A stretch of DNA of 64,000 bases from Macrostomum lignano (Eukaryota), in assembly GCA_002269645.1 (NCBI GenBank), contig NIVC01002656.1:1-64000 (forward strand), given 5' to 3'. Each line of letters starts with the position of its first letter. Positions within the stretch are counted from its first letter, which is position 1. Below, piece by piece: positions 1-12,587 of this stretch. Made by a program: the position numbers and the translations under genes. Under the pieces are notes generated by a model that searched no databases, was not told the origin of the DNA, and saw only the letters and a program-made list of their open reading frames with translations.

Positions 1-187
1 AAGAGAGATGCAGAAGCGGTTTCAATTGCTATTCGATTCTGAAGGTGCCGTTAGGTCTGCATGCTGACGTCTTCGAAAACTACCAGCTTCACTTCTTGAC
101 TGACTGGCAGCAAGTGACAGATGTCAGACAAATTTTGGCAAACCTTTTGTATTGCGTGCCAGCGAAACCTCTAATTCGTTCTAGGAT

Positions 188-725
188 GGGTCATCAATGA
201 CCCTAGGTCATCAATGACCCTAGGTAATCAATGACTAGATAATCAGTGACCCTAGGTAATCAATGACCCTAGGTCATCAATGACCCTAGTAATCAATGAC
301 CCTAGATAATCAGTGACCCTAGTAATCAGTGACCCTAGGTAATCAGTGACCCTAGATAATCAGTGACCCTAGGTAATCAATGACCCTAGTAATCAATGAC
401 CCTAGGTAATCAATGACCCTAGGTAATCAATGACCCTGGTAATCAGTGACCCTAGGTAATCAATGACCCTAAGTCATCAATTACCCTAATTCATCAATGA
501 TCCTAATTAATAAATGAGCCTAACTCATCAATGACCCTAGTTCATCATGAATTTCTCATGACCCTAAATCGTTAAAACCCTACGTCATCAATGACCCTAA
601 GTCTTCATGACCCTAACTCATCAGTGACCCTAAGTCTTCATGACCCTAACTCATTAATGACCCTAAATCATTAATGACCCTAAATCGTTAATGACCCTAG
701 GTCATCAATGACCCTGGCCTAAGTC
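188..725. repeat. 17-bp minisatellite (tcatcaatgaccctagg)n, probably in a TTC8 intron
   Basis: Tandem units visible directly; degenerate toward the 3' end. Confidence 0.9.
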
Positions 726-790
726 TCCAATGACTCATTTCTAATGACCCATTATTTCATGAGCCATGCTTAAAAAAAATACTATTCCAG

Positions 791-3044
791 ACGGCTGCTT
801 CAGCTGGGCCTCGCCTCTGCCGAGCTCTACACCAACTTGGCCCTGTGCTGCTTCTACGCTCAGCAGTACGACATGTGCCTGACCTGCTTTGACCGCGCCA
901 TCACCGTGGCTAAGAGGAGGAGCTGGCTGATGTGTGGTAACACCTGGGTCACGTGGCATTGGTGAGACAGTCTGGGAGTTCAAAGCTGCTTAAATTAAAT
1001 AGTGTATATGATTCAGGGCAAAGGTAGAAAACAGTGAGTATTGAGTAGATCACAGTGAGTAGAGAGTAGATTAAAGTGAGTAGAGAGTAGGTTTCAGTGA
1101 GTAGAGAGTAGGTTACAGTGAGTAGAGAGTAGATAACAGTGAGTAGAGAGTAGATTACAGTGAATAGAGTAGATTACAGTGAATAGAGTAGATTACAGTG
1201 AGTAGAGAGTAGATTACAGTGAATAGAGTAGATTACAGTGAGTACAGAGTATAATACAGTGAGTAGAGAGTAGATTACAGTTAATAGAGTAGATTACAGT
1301 GAGCAGAGAGTAGATTACAGTGAGTAGAGAGTAGATTACAGTGAGTAGAGAGCAGATTACAGTGAGTAGAGAGTAGATTACAGTGAATACAGTACGAGTA
1401 GATTACAGTGAGTAGAGAGAAGGCTATAACTTACAGAAGAAAGTGTAGAGGTGAGACAAAACTTCGCCCTTCAAATGTACCCCTAGCCCCACCTTTTCAA
1501 GGTGAGACGCAGATTTCCTTTCAAAGCAGCGTGACCTAGCCGCTAGCTGTGCTGCTTAACCTGAAAATTCACTCAGAAGAACAGCTGCTTAATTCTTGTT
1601 ATCCAAAGATAACCCAAGGAAAAATAAACTTGGGATGTTATGTACTTTTACAGTTACTTGCTTGCTTGTATGACATATTCCCAGATAGAAAGAGTAGGAT
1701 ATGATTGGTGAAATCTGAGAGAGTTTGAGATCAAAATTGACGAGACAGAAAGGGTTTTAGATGAAGGGATGGGCATGAAGAGATGGACAGGAAGGAACGT
1801 GAGATGAAGGGATGGACAGGAAAGGATGCGAGATGAAGGGATGAACAGGAAAGGATGCGAGATGAAGGGATAAACATGAAGTGATAAGCATGAAGGGATA
1901 AACATGAAGTGATAAACATGAAGGGATAAACATAAAGGGATAAACATGAAGGGATGCACATGAAAGGATGGACAGAAAGGGATGTGAGATGAAGGGATGG
2001 AAAGGAAATGATGTGAGATAAGGAGATAGACTGGAAGGGATATGAGATAAAGGGGTGTGAGATGAAGGGGTGCGAGATAAAGGGATGGACAAGAAGGGGT
2101 GTGAGATGAAGGGGTGTGAGATGAAGAGGTGTGAGATAAAGGGATGGACAAGAAGGGGTGTGAGATGAAGGGGTGTGAGATAAAGGGATGGAAAAGAAGG
2201 GGTGTGAGATGAAGGGGTGTGAGATGAAGGGGTGTGAGATGAAGGGGTGTGAGATAAAGGGATGAATAAGAAGGGATGTGAAATGAAGGGGTGTGAGATG
2301 AAGGGGTGTGAGATGAAGGGGTGTGAGATGAAGGGGTGTGAGATGAAGGGGTGTGAGATAAAGGGATGGACAAGAAGGGATGTGAGATGAAGGGGTGTGA
2401 GATGAAGGGGTGTGAGACAAAGGGATGGACAAGAAGGGATGTGAGATGAAGGGGTGTGAGATGAAGGGGTGTGAGATGAAGGGGTGTGAGATGAAGGGGT
2501 GTGAGATGAAGGGGTGTGAGATGAAGGGGTGTGAGATAAAGGGATGAATAAGAAGGGATGTGAGATGAAGGGGTGTGAGATGAAGGGTTGTGAGATAAAG
2601 GGATGAATAAGAAGGGATGTGAGATCAAGCAAGGACAGAAAAGTACACAGTTACACATGGAGACTTCCGCTCTGATTCAAGCCACTTTCCTGACGGCACC
2701 AATCCGACTGCCTTCCGCAGGCGGTGGGAGACCTCAGCCTCTCCTACCAGGCGTTCCGCTTGGCCCTATCCTACAACAACGATCACGCGGAGGCCTACAA
2801 CAACTTGGGAGTGCTGGAACTGCGCCGCAACAATCTGGAGATGGCGCGCTCGTTTTTTCAAGCCGCCAGCACCCTCAGCCCGTCGATGTTCGAGCCGCAC
2901 TACAATGTGGCAATCATGGCTGAGCGCATGGGTGACCTTCAATCAGCCTACCAGTCGGTCAATCGGGCCCAGCAGTTTTTCCCCAACCATTCCGACTCCA
3001 AGGATATGCTGAATGCGCTTAAAGTACATTTCTCTGAGATTTAA
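791..3044 (+). CDS. TTC8: TTC8/BBS8 BBSome TPR subunit, last two coding exons (791-961, 2721-3044); the first has a 1-nt frameshift and an in-frame TAA as assembled
   Basis: Exon 791-961 reads RLLQLGLASAELYTNLALCCFYAQQYDMCLTCFDRA then, in a shifted frame, EELADVW*HLGHVAL. Exon 2721-3044 reads AVGDLSLSYQAFRLALSYNNDHAEAYNNLGVLE...FPNHSDSKDMLNALKVHFSEI. Both match the known BBS8 C-terminal TPRs (CCFYAQQYDM, HAEAYNNL, FPDH). Splice sites: ccag|791, 961|gtgag, cgcag|2721, phase 0. Confidence 0.9.
1030..1415. repeat. 21-bp minisatellite (agtagattacagtgagtagag)n in the TTC8 intron
   Basis: Tandem units visible; most contain CA-GTGAGT on the sense strand. Confidence 0.9.
1745..2625. repeat. 15-bp purine-rich minisatellite (tgagatgaaggggtg)n in the TTC8 intron
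   Basis: Tandem units visible; the long ORFs here are repeat artefacts. Confidence 0.9.
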
Positions 3045-3281
3045 ACACAATTGATGCTCGAGTAAGCATCATGGAGACAGACTTCAATATTGCACTGACG
3101 ACATCTGCAATTTTACATTAAAATATCTGGTAAAAAATAAAATTCTAATAAAATTGCACCTGTGATATAGGCTTTTTAAGTGGTATATTACTGCGAGAAC
3201 AGTTAAAGCCAATCTCTGCTTTCACTGTTTTCACTTATTAAAGAATGGAAATTTCTTAATGTCTACTTAAAATTATTTTTG

Positions 3282-4323
<1,042 letters not shown>

Positions 4324-4733
4324 ACTTTATTTGGATATGTTGTGTCCCCATTCGATGAGCTTTGACAGTTAATTAACACAGTGGCAGCCCTACAACCTGT
4401 GGTTATACGACCTACAATTCTTGTCTCAGTGCTGCGTGATTAGGAGCCGTATTTGTCCCCGGGCTGCAGCAGGGAGCGAGTTGTTTTTATTGGAGAGCTG
4501 CACAGATGAGAATTGAGGAGTATGTGGGAAGCTATCTATGTATTCATCTATCTCTTATCTAAGTAAGATAAGTAAGTCTCATTGAGTGACGTCAAGTGCT
4601 TTATTTCAAGGGTAAATGAACGAAGAAATTGAGAAGAAAACTCATAGTTATGCAACACTTTCCGCATATATTTAATGATATTTGCTCTCATAGTTGGCTT
4701 TTTCGAATTCAAGGGTGTCAATTGCTCTTGGAC

Positions 4734-5255
4734 TTAGTTCCGGTCGGAATCTCCTGCGCTCAAGCCGCGCTTCCAGAACGGAGCTCGCTTCCAGAACGGA
4801 GCCCGCTTCCAGAATGGGGCGCGCTTCCAGAACGGAGCCCGCTTCCAAAACGGAGCTCGCTTCCAGAACGGAGCCCGCTTCCAGAATGGGGCGCGCTTCC
4901 AGAACGGAGCCCGCTTCCAAAACGGAGCTCGCTTCCAGAACGGAGCCCGCTTCCAGAACGGAGCTCGCTTCCAGAACGGAGCGCGCTTCCAGAACGGAGC
5001 CCGCTTCCAGAACGGAGCCCGCTTCCAAAACGGAGCTCGCTTCCAGAACGGAGCCCGCTTATTTTCGCCATGCAGTCCAGCAGTCCACCGAGCGATGATT
5101 TTCTTTGTCACATCCTCATTCAGGATACTACCGGTACTGCGCATCTCCCGTGTCAGGTGCCTGCTGGTGCTTTCCAAAGCGGAGGAGGCGTCATCCACTG
5201 CAACAACCGCTAGAAGGACCGATGCGAACAACAATGTCAGCGACAACCTTGGCAT
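4734..5255 (-). CDS. Neuropeptide precursor: signal peptide plus 16 x APFW flanked by dibasic KR sites
   Basis: ATG at 5255; hydrophobic signal MPRLSLTLLFASVLLAVVAV; (KRAPFW)16 then KRGLSAGDSDRN*. Variation among the 18-nt units is synonymous. AATAAA on the minus strand at 4600-4605 and 4486-4491. Confidence 0.9.
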   Translation of the reverse strand: MPRLSLTLLFASVLLAVVAVDDASSALESTSRHLTREMRSTGSILNEDVTKKIIARWTAGLHGENKRAPFWKRAPFWKRAPFWKRAPFWKRAPFWKRAPFWKRAPFWKRAPFWKRAPFWKRAPFWKRAPFWKRAPFWKRAPFWKRAPFWKRAPFWKRAPFWKRGLSAGDSDRN

Positions 5256-5606
5256 TGTAGCGCAGGTTTCACTGCAACATAGATTGAAAAATTCAAACGT
5301 ACCTGGTATATTACGAGCGTAAAAGTCTATACGATGACATCTGAACGTGAATGCATCAAAGACATGTTTACCTTAAAGGCTTTCGATACAGTCAATAATT
5401 CACAAAATATTTTGCCGCTAATCCGCCTTGTTGACTCAGAGTGGGGCGAGCGGAGCGACCGTGAATTACCGACTTTATAAGATGCTGGTGGATTGTCAGC
5501 CTTTGCCGATTTGCTGGAAGTCTGTGAGCTCTGGTTGGCTCGATGAATACGGATCTTTTGAGGGCTCGTGTCTTCGTTGTCTGCTTCCTGTCTTCTGAAA
5601 TTTTTT

Positions 5607-6292
5607 CTAGTGTCTGGCTTAGTGCACTAGTGACTTAGTGCACTTAGTGTCTTAGTGTCTGGCTTAGTGCACTAGTGACTTAGTGCACTTAGTGTCTTAG
5701 TGTCTGGCTTAGTGCACTAGTGACTTAGTGCACTTAGTGTCTTAGTGTCTGGCTTAGTGCACTAGTGACTTAGTGCACTTAGTGTCTTAGTGTCTGGCTT
5801 AGTGCACTAGTGACTTAGTGCACTTAGTGTCTTAGTGTCTGGCTTAGTGCACTAGTGACTTAAGTGCACTTAGTGTCTTAGTGTCTGGCTTAGTGCACTA
5901 GTGACTTAGTGCACTTAGTGTCTTAGTGTCTGGCTTAGTGCACTAGTGACTTAGTGCACCTAGTGTCTTAGTGTCTGGCTTAGTGCACTAGTGACTTAGT
6001 GCACTTAGTGTCTTAGTGTCTGGCTTAGTGCACTAGTGACTTAGTGCACTTAGTGTCTTAGTGTCTGGCTTAGTGCACTAGTGACTTAGTGCACCTAGTG
6101 TCTTAGTGTCTGGCTTAGTGCACTAGTGACTTAGTGCACTTAGTGTCTTAGTGTCTGGCTTAGTGCACTAGTGACTTAGTGCACTAGTGTCTTAGTGTCT
6201 GGCTTAGTGCACTAGTGACTTAGTGCACTTAGTGTCTTAGTGTCTGGCTTAGTGCACTAGTGACTTAAGTGCACTTAGTGTCTTAGTGTCTG
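5607..6292. repeat. 45-bp higher-order repeat built from (c)ttagtg subunits
   Basis: Unit approximately ttagtgtctggcttagtgcactagtgacttagtgcacttagtgtc. Confidence 0.9.
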
Positions 6293-6455
6293 CGTACAAT
6301 ATTAAAACTAGTGCGGGATACGCCAAAGGCTGCTTCAACTGATCTAGCCCGTCCAACCAAGGCTCTTTGATGGCACCAGAAGGCGATGCTCACTAGTTGA
6401 GTCCAGCATCTTTACAAAATCTCACTAAAAATCAAAATAACAGGCAACTACAGCC

Positions 6456-6975
6456 ATGGTGCAGCTTCATTCAGTAGACAAGCAGCGAATTACATGTAGC
6501 ATCAAGCGGCGAATCGAATTGTCTCTCACAGTGGGTGGAGCAGTGGGCAATTTTTGTTCATTTACTCTCGTTTGGTCTGCTACTGGACTTCACCGGATCT
6601 TTACAAGATGTCGGCCGAGTCTGCAGCACAAGATTTCAAGGTGACACCGACGATCCAGTTGAAATCAAAGACGCATTCGTTCCTGAGTTCATCTGCGAGG
6701 AGTTTGATTTGCCGACTACCGACGACCCTGATGTACAACGACTTCTCTTGGAGTTCAAAGACTTCAGTAGAGAAAAAGCCGGGGCTAACTCGATCAGCCA
6801 GGACAGTGAGAGCTTTTGGCTATGGTTTAGATGTGGAGGTCCTGCAGTTAAACCTGTGGTCCAGGCTTTGCGAGTGAGGTCCAGGCATTGGACTTGCTTG
6901 CTTCTCCATGAAAATTTCCTTTCCATAGAGGGTACGAGGGGCTTCGTGGTCCAGAGTAGTCTAGTTTGTTGGTAG
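6456..6975 (+). CDS. Putative small secreted protein with a divergent CUB-like domain; join(6456-6473,6532-6975), 153 aa
   Basis: gccATGg at 6456; 58-nt GT-AG phase-0 intron; signal-like WAIFVHLLSFGLLL. CUB-like pattern: C...C...QRLLLEFKDFS...FRCG...LLLHENFLSIEGTRGFVVQ, compared with CUB RIxLxFxDFxLE...RxCG...LxVxFxSD..GRGFxAxY. Pattern recognition only. Confidence 0.5.
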
Positions 6976-9900
6976 TGTAGTGAAACTACAAGAAAACTTA
7001 AGAGTTGAATGGAAATATATTTTATGAGTTTAACGATGTAAGGATTGGGGCGAGAAACTTAGCTGCGAGAAAGAACTGTAAAAGGAAATTAGTCTATGGC
7101 AAATTATAACAACTGAGTCGCAAATAAAAAGTACAACAAAATACCCATACGACTCCCCCCTCCAATTGCGGAGCTCGGAGAAAACAGACTGTAACCGAAG
7201 TCTTAAATGGTTGAATAGCTTATATGATCAAAACGAAGCGGGTAGGACAGTTGAAATAAATTCTACATGAGAAATCGAACATTAAAAAAAGAGAGAATAT
7301 TGAGAAAAACTGTCAGAAGACGTTATACGTTACAAAGGTTAATAATAAATGTAATCATTTTGGCGAAAAATAACAAAGAACTTGTCGGTTCGCTGTTTCA
7401 CGCGATACGGCCCTGAGTACGGCCCTCGAGCGGCGACCGCACACGATCGACCCGAACCCAGACGAATTCAGCCATTTTCAGGTCCTTGGGTACGTAGCTC
7501 CGTGGTTCGTGCGTCGTCGCATGTGGACTCGGTAGCTATGTCAGCAGTTCCTGCAGCCGCGTCCGAATATCCGTTGGGGCGAGTGGTTCGGAAGTCAGAA
7601 CGCGCGGAACCATCGGAAGCTCGCCGGTAACTCTGGTGAACGGTGATACTCCTTGATCGTCAGGTGCAACGTGCATCGCGAGAAGAGCCACAGGTAGGTC
7701 TGTCAGCCAATCATTGCCTCGAGGACGTAGCATCGTCTTCAGGGTGCGATGGGCTCGCTTGAACTTGCCATTGGTTTGAGGGTGGTACGTCGTTGTGCGT
7801 AATCGATGAAAACCAATTGATGACGAGACCGAGTGAAAGAATTCTGATTCGAACTGGCGCCCGCGATCAGTGATTACATACAGTGGCACTCCGTAGCGCG
7901 AGACCCAGGACGAGACGAATGCATGGGCGACTACTTCCGCGGTTATTGATTCCAGTGGTGTAGCTTCTAGCCAGCCAGTCGAGCGGTCGACCATCGTGAG
8001 AAGGTAGCGGGCAGACTGGTGGCCGAAGTGGTGGCATTAGCTGGTGGGAGTGGTCCTACAATATCGATGTGTACCACCTCAAAGCGATTTGATGGTAGTG
8101 CAAAGGCCTGTTGCGGGGAGACAGTGTGACGAGTTACTTTACTCCGTTGGCAGTCCTGGCAGTTCCAGCAGTAGGTCTTGATGGACTTGCACATTCCGGG
8201 CCAAAAGTAACGTTCTGTGATCAGTTTTGCTGTTTTACGGTAGCCGAAATGACCAAGTCGATGGAAGGAAGCAATCACGGCGTCGCGGAGAGACGGCGGA
8301 ATGATCGGGCGAGGATACAGCGTTGACGTCTCACACCAAACGACGACGTCTTTGTCCAGAGAATACAATCGAATATTTCGTGCCGGTGAGAACGACTCCG
8401 GTCGTTGTCCTTCAGCGATACTGGGCAGATCAACAGGGAATTGGCTTGATGGGGCAGCGACTACAGCGTCTGTTGCGATGTTGGACACGTGATTATTCAC
8501 TGGGAAGTCAGGCAGTCGAGAAAGGGCATCTGCTATTACGTTGTCTGCACCGCGAATGTACTGGAAATCTGCCACGTACTCGGAAAAAAACGGTCAAGTA
8601 GTCCTGATTGCGATCTGACGTAGTGGTGCGATTGGCGTGGAAGGCCTGAGCTAGTGGTTTATGATCGGTGAACAAGGTCACGATCCGTCCTTCAATGAGG
8701 CTGCGGAAGTGCAACACTGCCAGGTACGCTCGTACGCCGCGAGTAGTTCTCGGTCGAACGTGATGTACGTCCTTTGGGATGACGACAACTTCTTGCTGAA
8801 CATGCCGAGAGGTGACGTTCCGGTTGAAGAGGTTTGATGAAGAACGGCACCAACACAGTCGGCTGAGGCATCAGTGTACAGGTATCTCCCGCAGTACAGT
8901 TTGGGTCCGGATGATGCAGAAATAGTCTCTCTGAGAGAACTTGTTTGATGTTTTCGAAAGATTTCTGATGCTGCTCTGTCCATTGTAAGTTTCCTGCTGA
9001 CTGTAGTCTTGCAGCGGATAGATGCAGTCAGCGAAATTTGGAACGAATCGGTGGTAGAACCCGACGACGCCGAGGAAGCGCCGAAGTGCGTTCGAATCCG
9101 TGGGTGTCGGTCAGTCAGTGATTATTTGGATCTTCTTCTGGAGAGGTCTTATTCCTTCAGGAGTCACGCGGTGGCCAAGTAAATCTACCTCGGACTGAAA
9201 GAATTCACATTTCTTCAAGTGAACCTGCAGTCCGTGTGTTCTTAGGCGGTCTAAAACTTGTTCTAAATGCGAGTAGTGGTCCTCTCGAGTCTTCGAGAAT
9301 GTCAGGACATCAACGATGTAAGAGATAACGAATGACAGTCCGTGAAAAACAGAGTCGATGAAATGTTTAAATGTTTGTGCTGCATTCCTCAGGCCGAAGG
9401 GCATGCATGTGTACTCGAACAATCTAAACGATGTGGTGATAGCGGTTTTTCAGATATCCTCTTCTGCGATTAGAATTTGATGAAAGGCGCGAACAAGGTC
9501 TAACTTTGAAAACACAGTGCTTCCGTGTAGGTACCGAGTGAAGGTTTGAATATGTGGAACCGGATAGTTGTCCGGCTTTGTTGGTTTGTTCAGTTCACGA
9601 TAGTCACCGCACGGACGCCAGCCAGCTCCCTTGGTGCCATGTGGAGGGGTGACGCCCAAGCGCTTGAGGATGGTCTGAGGTAGCCGGCATCGATTAGCTG
9701 CTGAAACTCCTGCTTTACAGCCTGCAGTTTTGCAGGGTGCAGTTGCCGGGGTCGCAAGTGAACCGGTTGTCCACTACCAGTGTCTAGCCGGTGAACAGTG
9801 TCGTGCTTGACCTCTGAAGCTGGCGGAAGGGCTCCGCCTTCAACGAAAGAAAAACAATCTGCAAACTTTGTAAACAGCGTACTCGTCCGAGAATCCAGGT

Positions 9901-11520
9901 TGAGTGGCAGTTCTACCGACACAGTGAATGGGCCAGAATGAACATTTGAAATTGACAAGGTAACAGTGGACAGTCCTGTTTCTGAGTCTCGAACGTGTTT
10001 GCGCTGGCAATCGACAACTGGCAAATCGACAATCTGGCAATCGACAACTAACCCATGGTGAGCCAAGAAGTCGTAACCAATGATGGGTTTTACCACTGAG
10101 GCGACGAGAAAGGTCCACTGGAAGCGCGTCGCAAACGGTGGATTGAGACATCCAGTAGGACCGACCCGCAAACTGGTATGGCGGCTCCGGTAGCAGTAAT
10201 TAAACGAACGTTTGTATCTTGAACGAGTACGTTAACGAGGTGAGGTGGAACAATGGAAACCGAAGCTCCGGTATCCACAAGAAACTTGCTGTATGTATTG
10301 TTGATTTTAACATCTAACTCCAAACAGGTGGTCGATGGTATCTTGGCACTGCGCACCGCGACCTCGGTCGCAGTGCGACTTAGCTTTTTGGCTGTCGAGA
10401 AGGTGATGGTGAACGCGACTGAGATGGCGTTTTTTCATTAGGATGCGGCACTCGGATCGGAAGCGAGCTGTCCTTGGGAAACTGGCACCAGGGGCGACAC
10501 GACTATGGCGGCCATAGTAGAGGTGTGAGCGGCAAACGACGGGGCGTTGGCCAGGCTTAAATGGGTCTGTTCCAGTGGGCTTACCAGGTGCATGTCGTTG
10601 TGGAGCTTGCTCAGAACGCTGTTAGGGTGTCCGGTCTGCACCGGTCTGCTGAATTGGGCAAACCGTCGCTGGTGATGGAGAGCTAAGGCCTCTAACGATC
10701 AACATTGAGTCAGCAATCTCGGAAATTTGCTGGGATGACTGCTGTTGGAATCCCAAAAGTGCGATACGAAGGTCCTGGGGTAGACAGCGCATCAGCGTGG
10801 CGTTGAGGAGTTCCTCGTCGGGCTGTATCCGGCACTGCTCCATCTTGCTCCGGAGCTTGCGCATGAAAATTGATGGCTTGTCTCCTCCGAGGTCCGAGAC
10901 TTGCAATACTTCCGAAACCTTCTCCTGCTGGGACTTCTGCTGAGTTGATGTTATCGTTGTCTTCAATTGTTCGTACTGTTTTGGGAGTCTGAGCGGACAA
11001 ATGCAGGGCCGCGATATCTTCCGGTAGATGAGAAACTAGGTGGTAAAATTTGGCGGTCTCGTTGGTCACCCTGTTGAGCATAAATTGGGCCTCCAGCGTG
11101 AGGAACCATGCTTCCGGGTTGTTGCGATAGAAGATTGGCAGCTTCAGGTGGGCCAGGGAGACTATAGCGGTGTCGGCGGCGTTTCCTAATGCAGGTGTAA
11201 CCACTGGTGCGGCCGAACTTGGTGCGGCTTGCGTGGTTGTAGGTGGTGTAGGAGCGGAACTGTTGCTGGCACTGTCCGTCATTGGATTCGTCTTATGTGA
11301 GTACTGAGTATGCGGGTAATATCTTTCGCCGCCTCACCAGACCAATTTGTAGTAAAACTATAAGAAAACTTAAGAGTTGAATTGCAAATATATTTTATGA
11401 GTTAACGATGTAAGGATTGGGGCGAGAAACTTAACTGCGAGAAAGAACTGTAAAAAGAAAATTAGTCTGGCAAATTATGACAACTGAGTCGCAAATAAAA
11501 AGTATAACAAAATACCCATA
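6976..11520 (-). mobile_element. Ty3/Gypsy LTR retrotransposon (CsRn1-like), full length but decayed
   Basis: Direct LTRs at 6976-7149 and 11348-11520, with roughly ten differences by eye. PPT (plus-strand ctcccccctcc) at about 7153-7163. Gag KLPIFYRNNPEAWFLTLEAQF; protease FLVDTGASVS; RT WASPLHM, FSKLDL, MPFGLRNAAQTF, YIVDVL; RNase H TDASADCVGAVL, FDRELLA, FTDHKPL; integrase HHCC (H..GH, CQDCQ) and core (TDRGRQFES, YHPQTNG). Many frameshifts and stops. Candidate TSD GTAG (6972-6975 / 11521-11524). Confidence 0.95.
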
Positions 11521-12587
11521 GTAGGTAGACATGACCGCTGTGGTTTTCGACTCTGAGAGTCTGAGACCAAGTCTGAGACCAGACACTCTCTGGACAGGTG
11601 CAATTTCTGAGCAAGGTGAGTGTGGGTAGCCCTGGACTCTAAGCTCTCTGCCAAAGGCCTCGAAGAGGACATTTGTCGAAGGCCCCCTGAATGTTCAGGA
11701 AAAGCAATCAGTTCAAGACTTGATAGACGACACAGGCTAAACAGTCGAGATGTAAGTGTTTGGTATTTAAATTAAGCCGTATGTAATAATAATCGGAATT
11801 GATTCTTCAGATGGGATCCTGGGGCATTTTTCTTGACGCAATAATAATTTGGCGGTACCAGTAAATATAACCAAGAGAAGTAACACAACAGCTAATTGAC
11901 TCCTATAGTAACTAGTAGCGAGTAACTTCTAGTGTTCTTTGTGCGGACCTGGAGGAAATGGATGAAGCAACAAGTTAGTGAAACACATCTACCGATGAAA
12001 ATACCTCGTATTGGCTATCTCATGAAATGCCTGCATCGTTAAGGACAAAACAGAGCTAGACTAGCTAGAGCAACGCGTAACTCAATACGCGCAGCCTCAT
12101 CAAGGATGCGGTGGATCAGCTGATAGTGAGAGCTAGCAAAAACAATTAGATAGCTAAGTGAGTCGAAATTTAGTCATGTTAAAAATAATTTTTACAATTT
12201 TATCTGCAGAAACAGTTTTACATGCCCAGCTGAAAGAACTCACTCAGCTACAAAATTATAGTTGATTTTTTCAACTCGTGAATTTTACATGTATTTAGGT
12301 AAAGCACTCTTTTGAGAATCAAAAAAATGTTTGTTGTCATTTGTATGCATAGATAATCAATTCAAGAATTCCATTCGACAAATTGAATGCTCTGGTAGAT
12401 TAATGTTTGAATTAAGATAAAATTTTTCACAGAAAGGAATGTCAGTTTTTGTTTAAATTAAAATTCCATTGTAGCTACTGAAATTCAATAAAAACGACTT
12501 TAAAAAGCAAGAACCATTTTAATATTATGTGAGAAAAACATTTTACCGGCTATAATTAATTTTCTTGATTAAACAGACAAACAAGCG

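Noticed and set aside
4629-5213. Alternative-frame ORFs over the 18-bp repeat (LPERS, GSGLRS, EAGSVL)
   Set aside because: Nucleotide variation is synonymous only in the KRAPFW frame.
11325-11347. Primer-binding site of the Gypsy element
   Set aside because: Minus-strand TGGTCTGGTGAGGCGG follows the 5' LTR, but it could not be assigned to a tRNA without a search.
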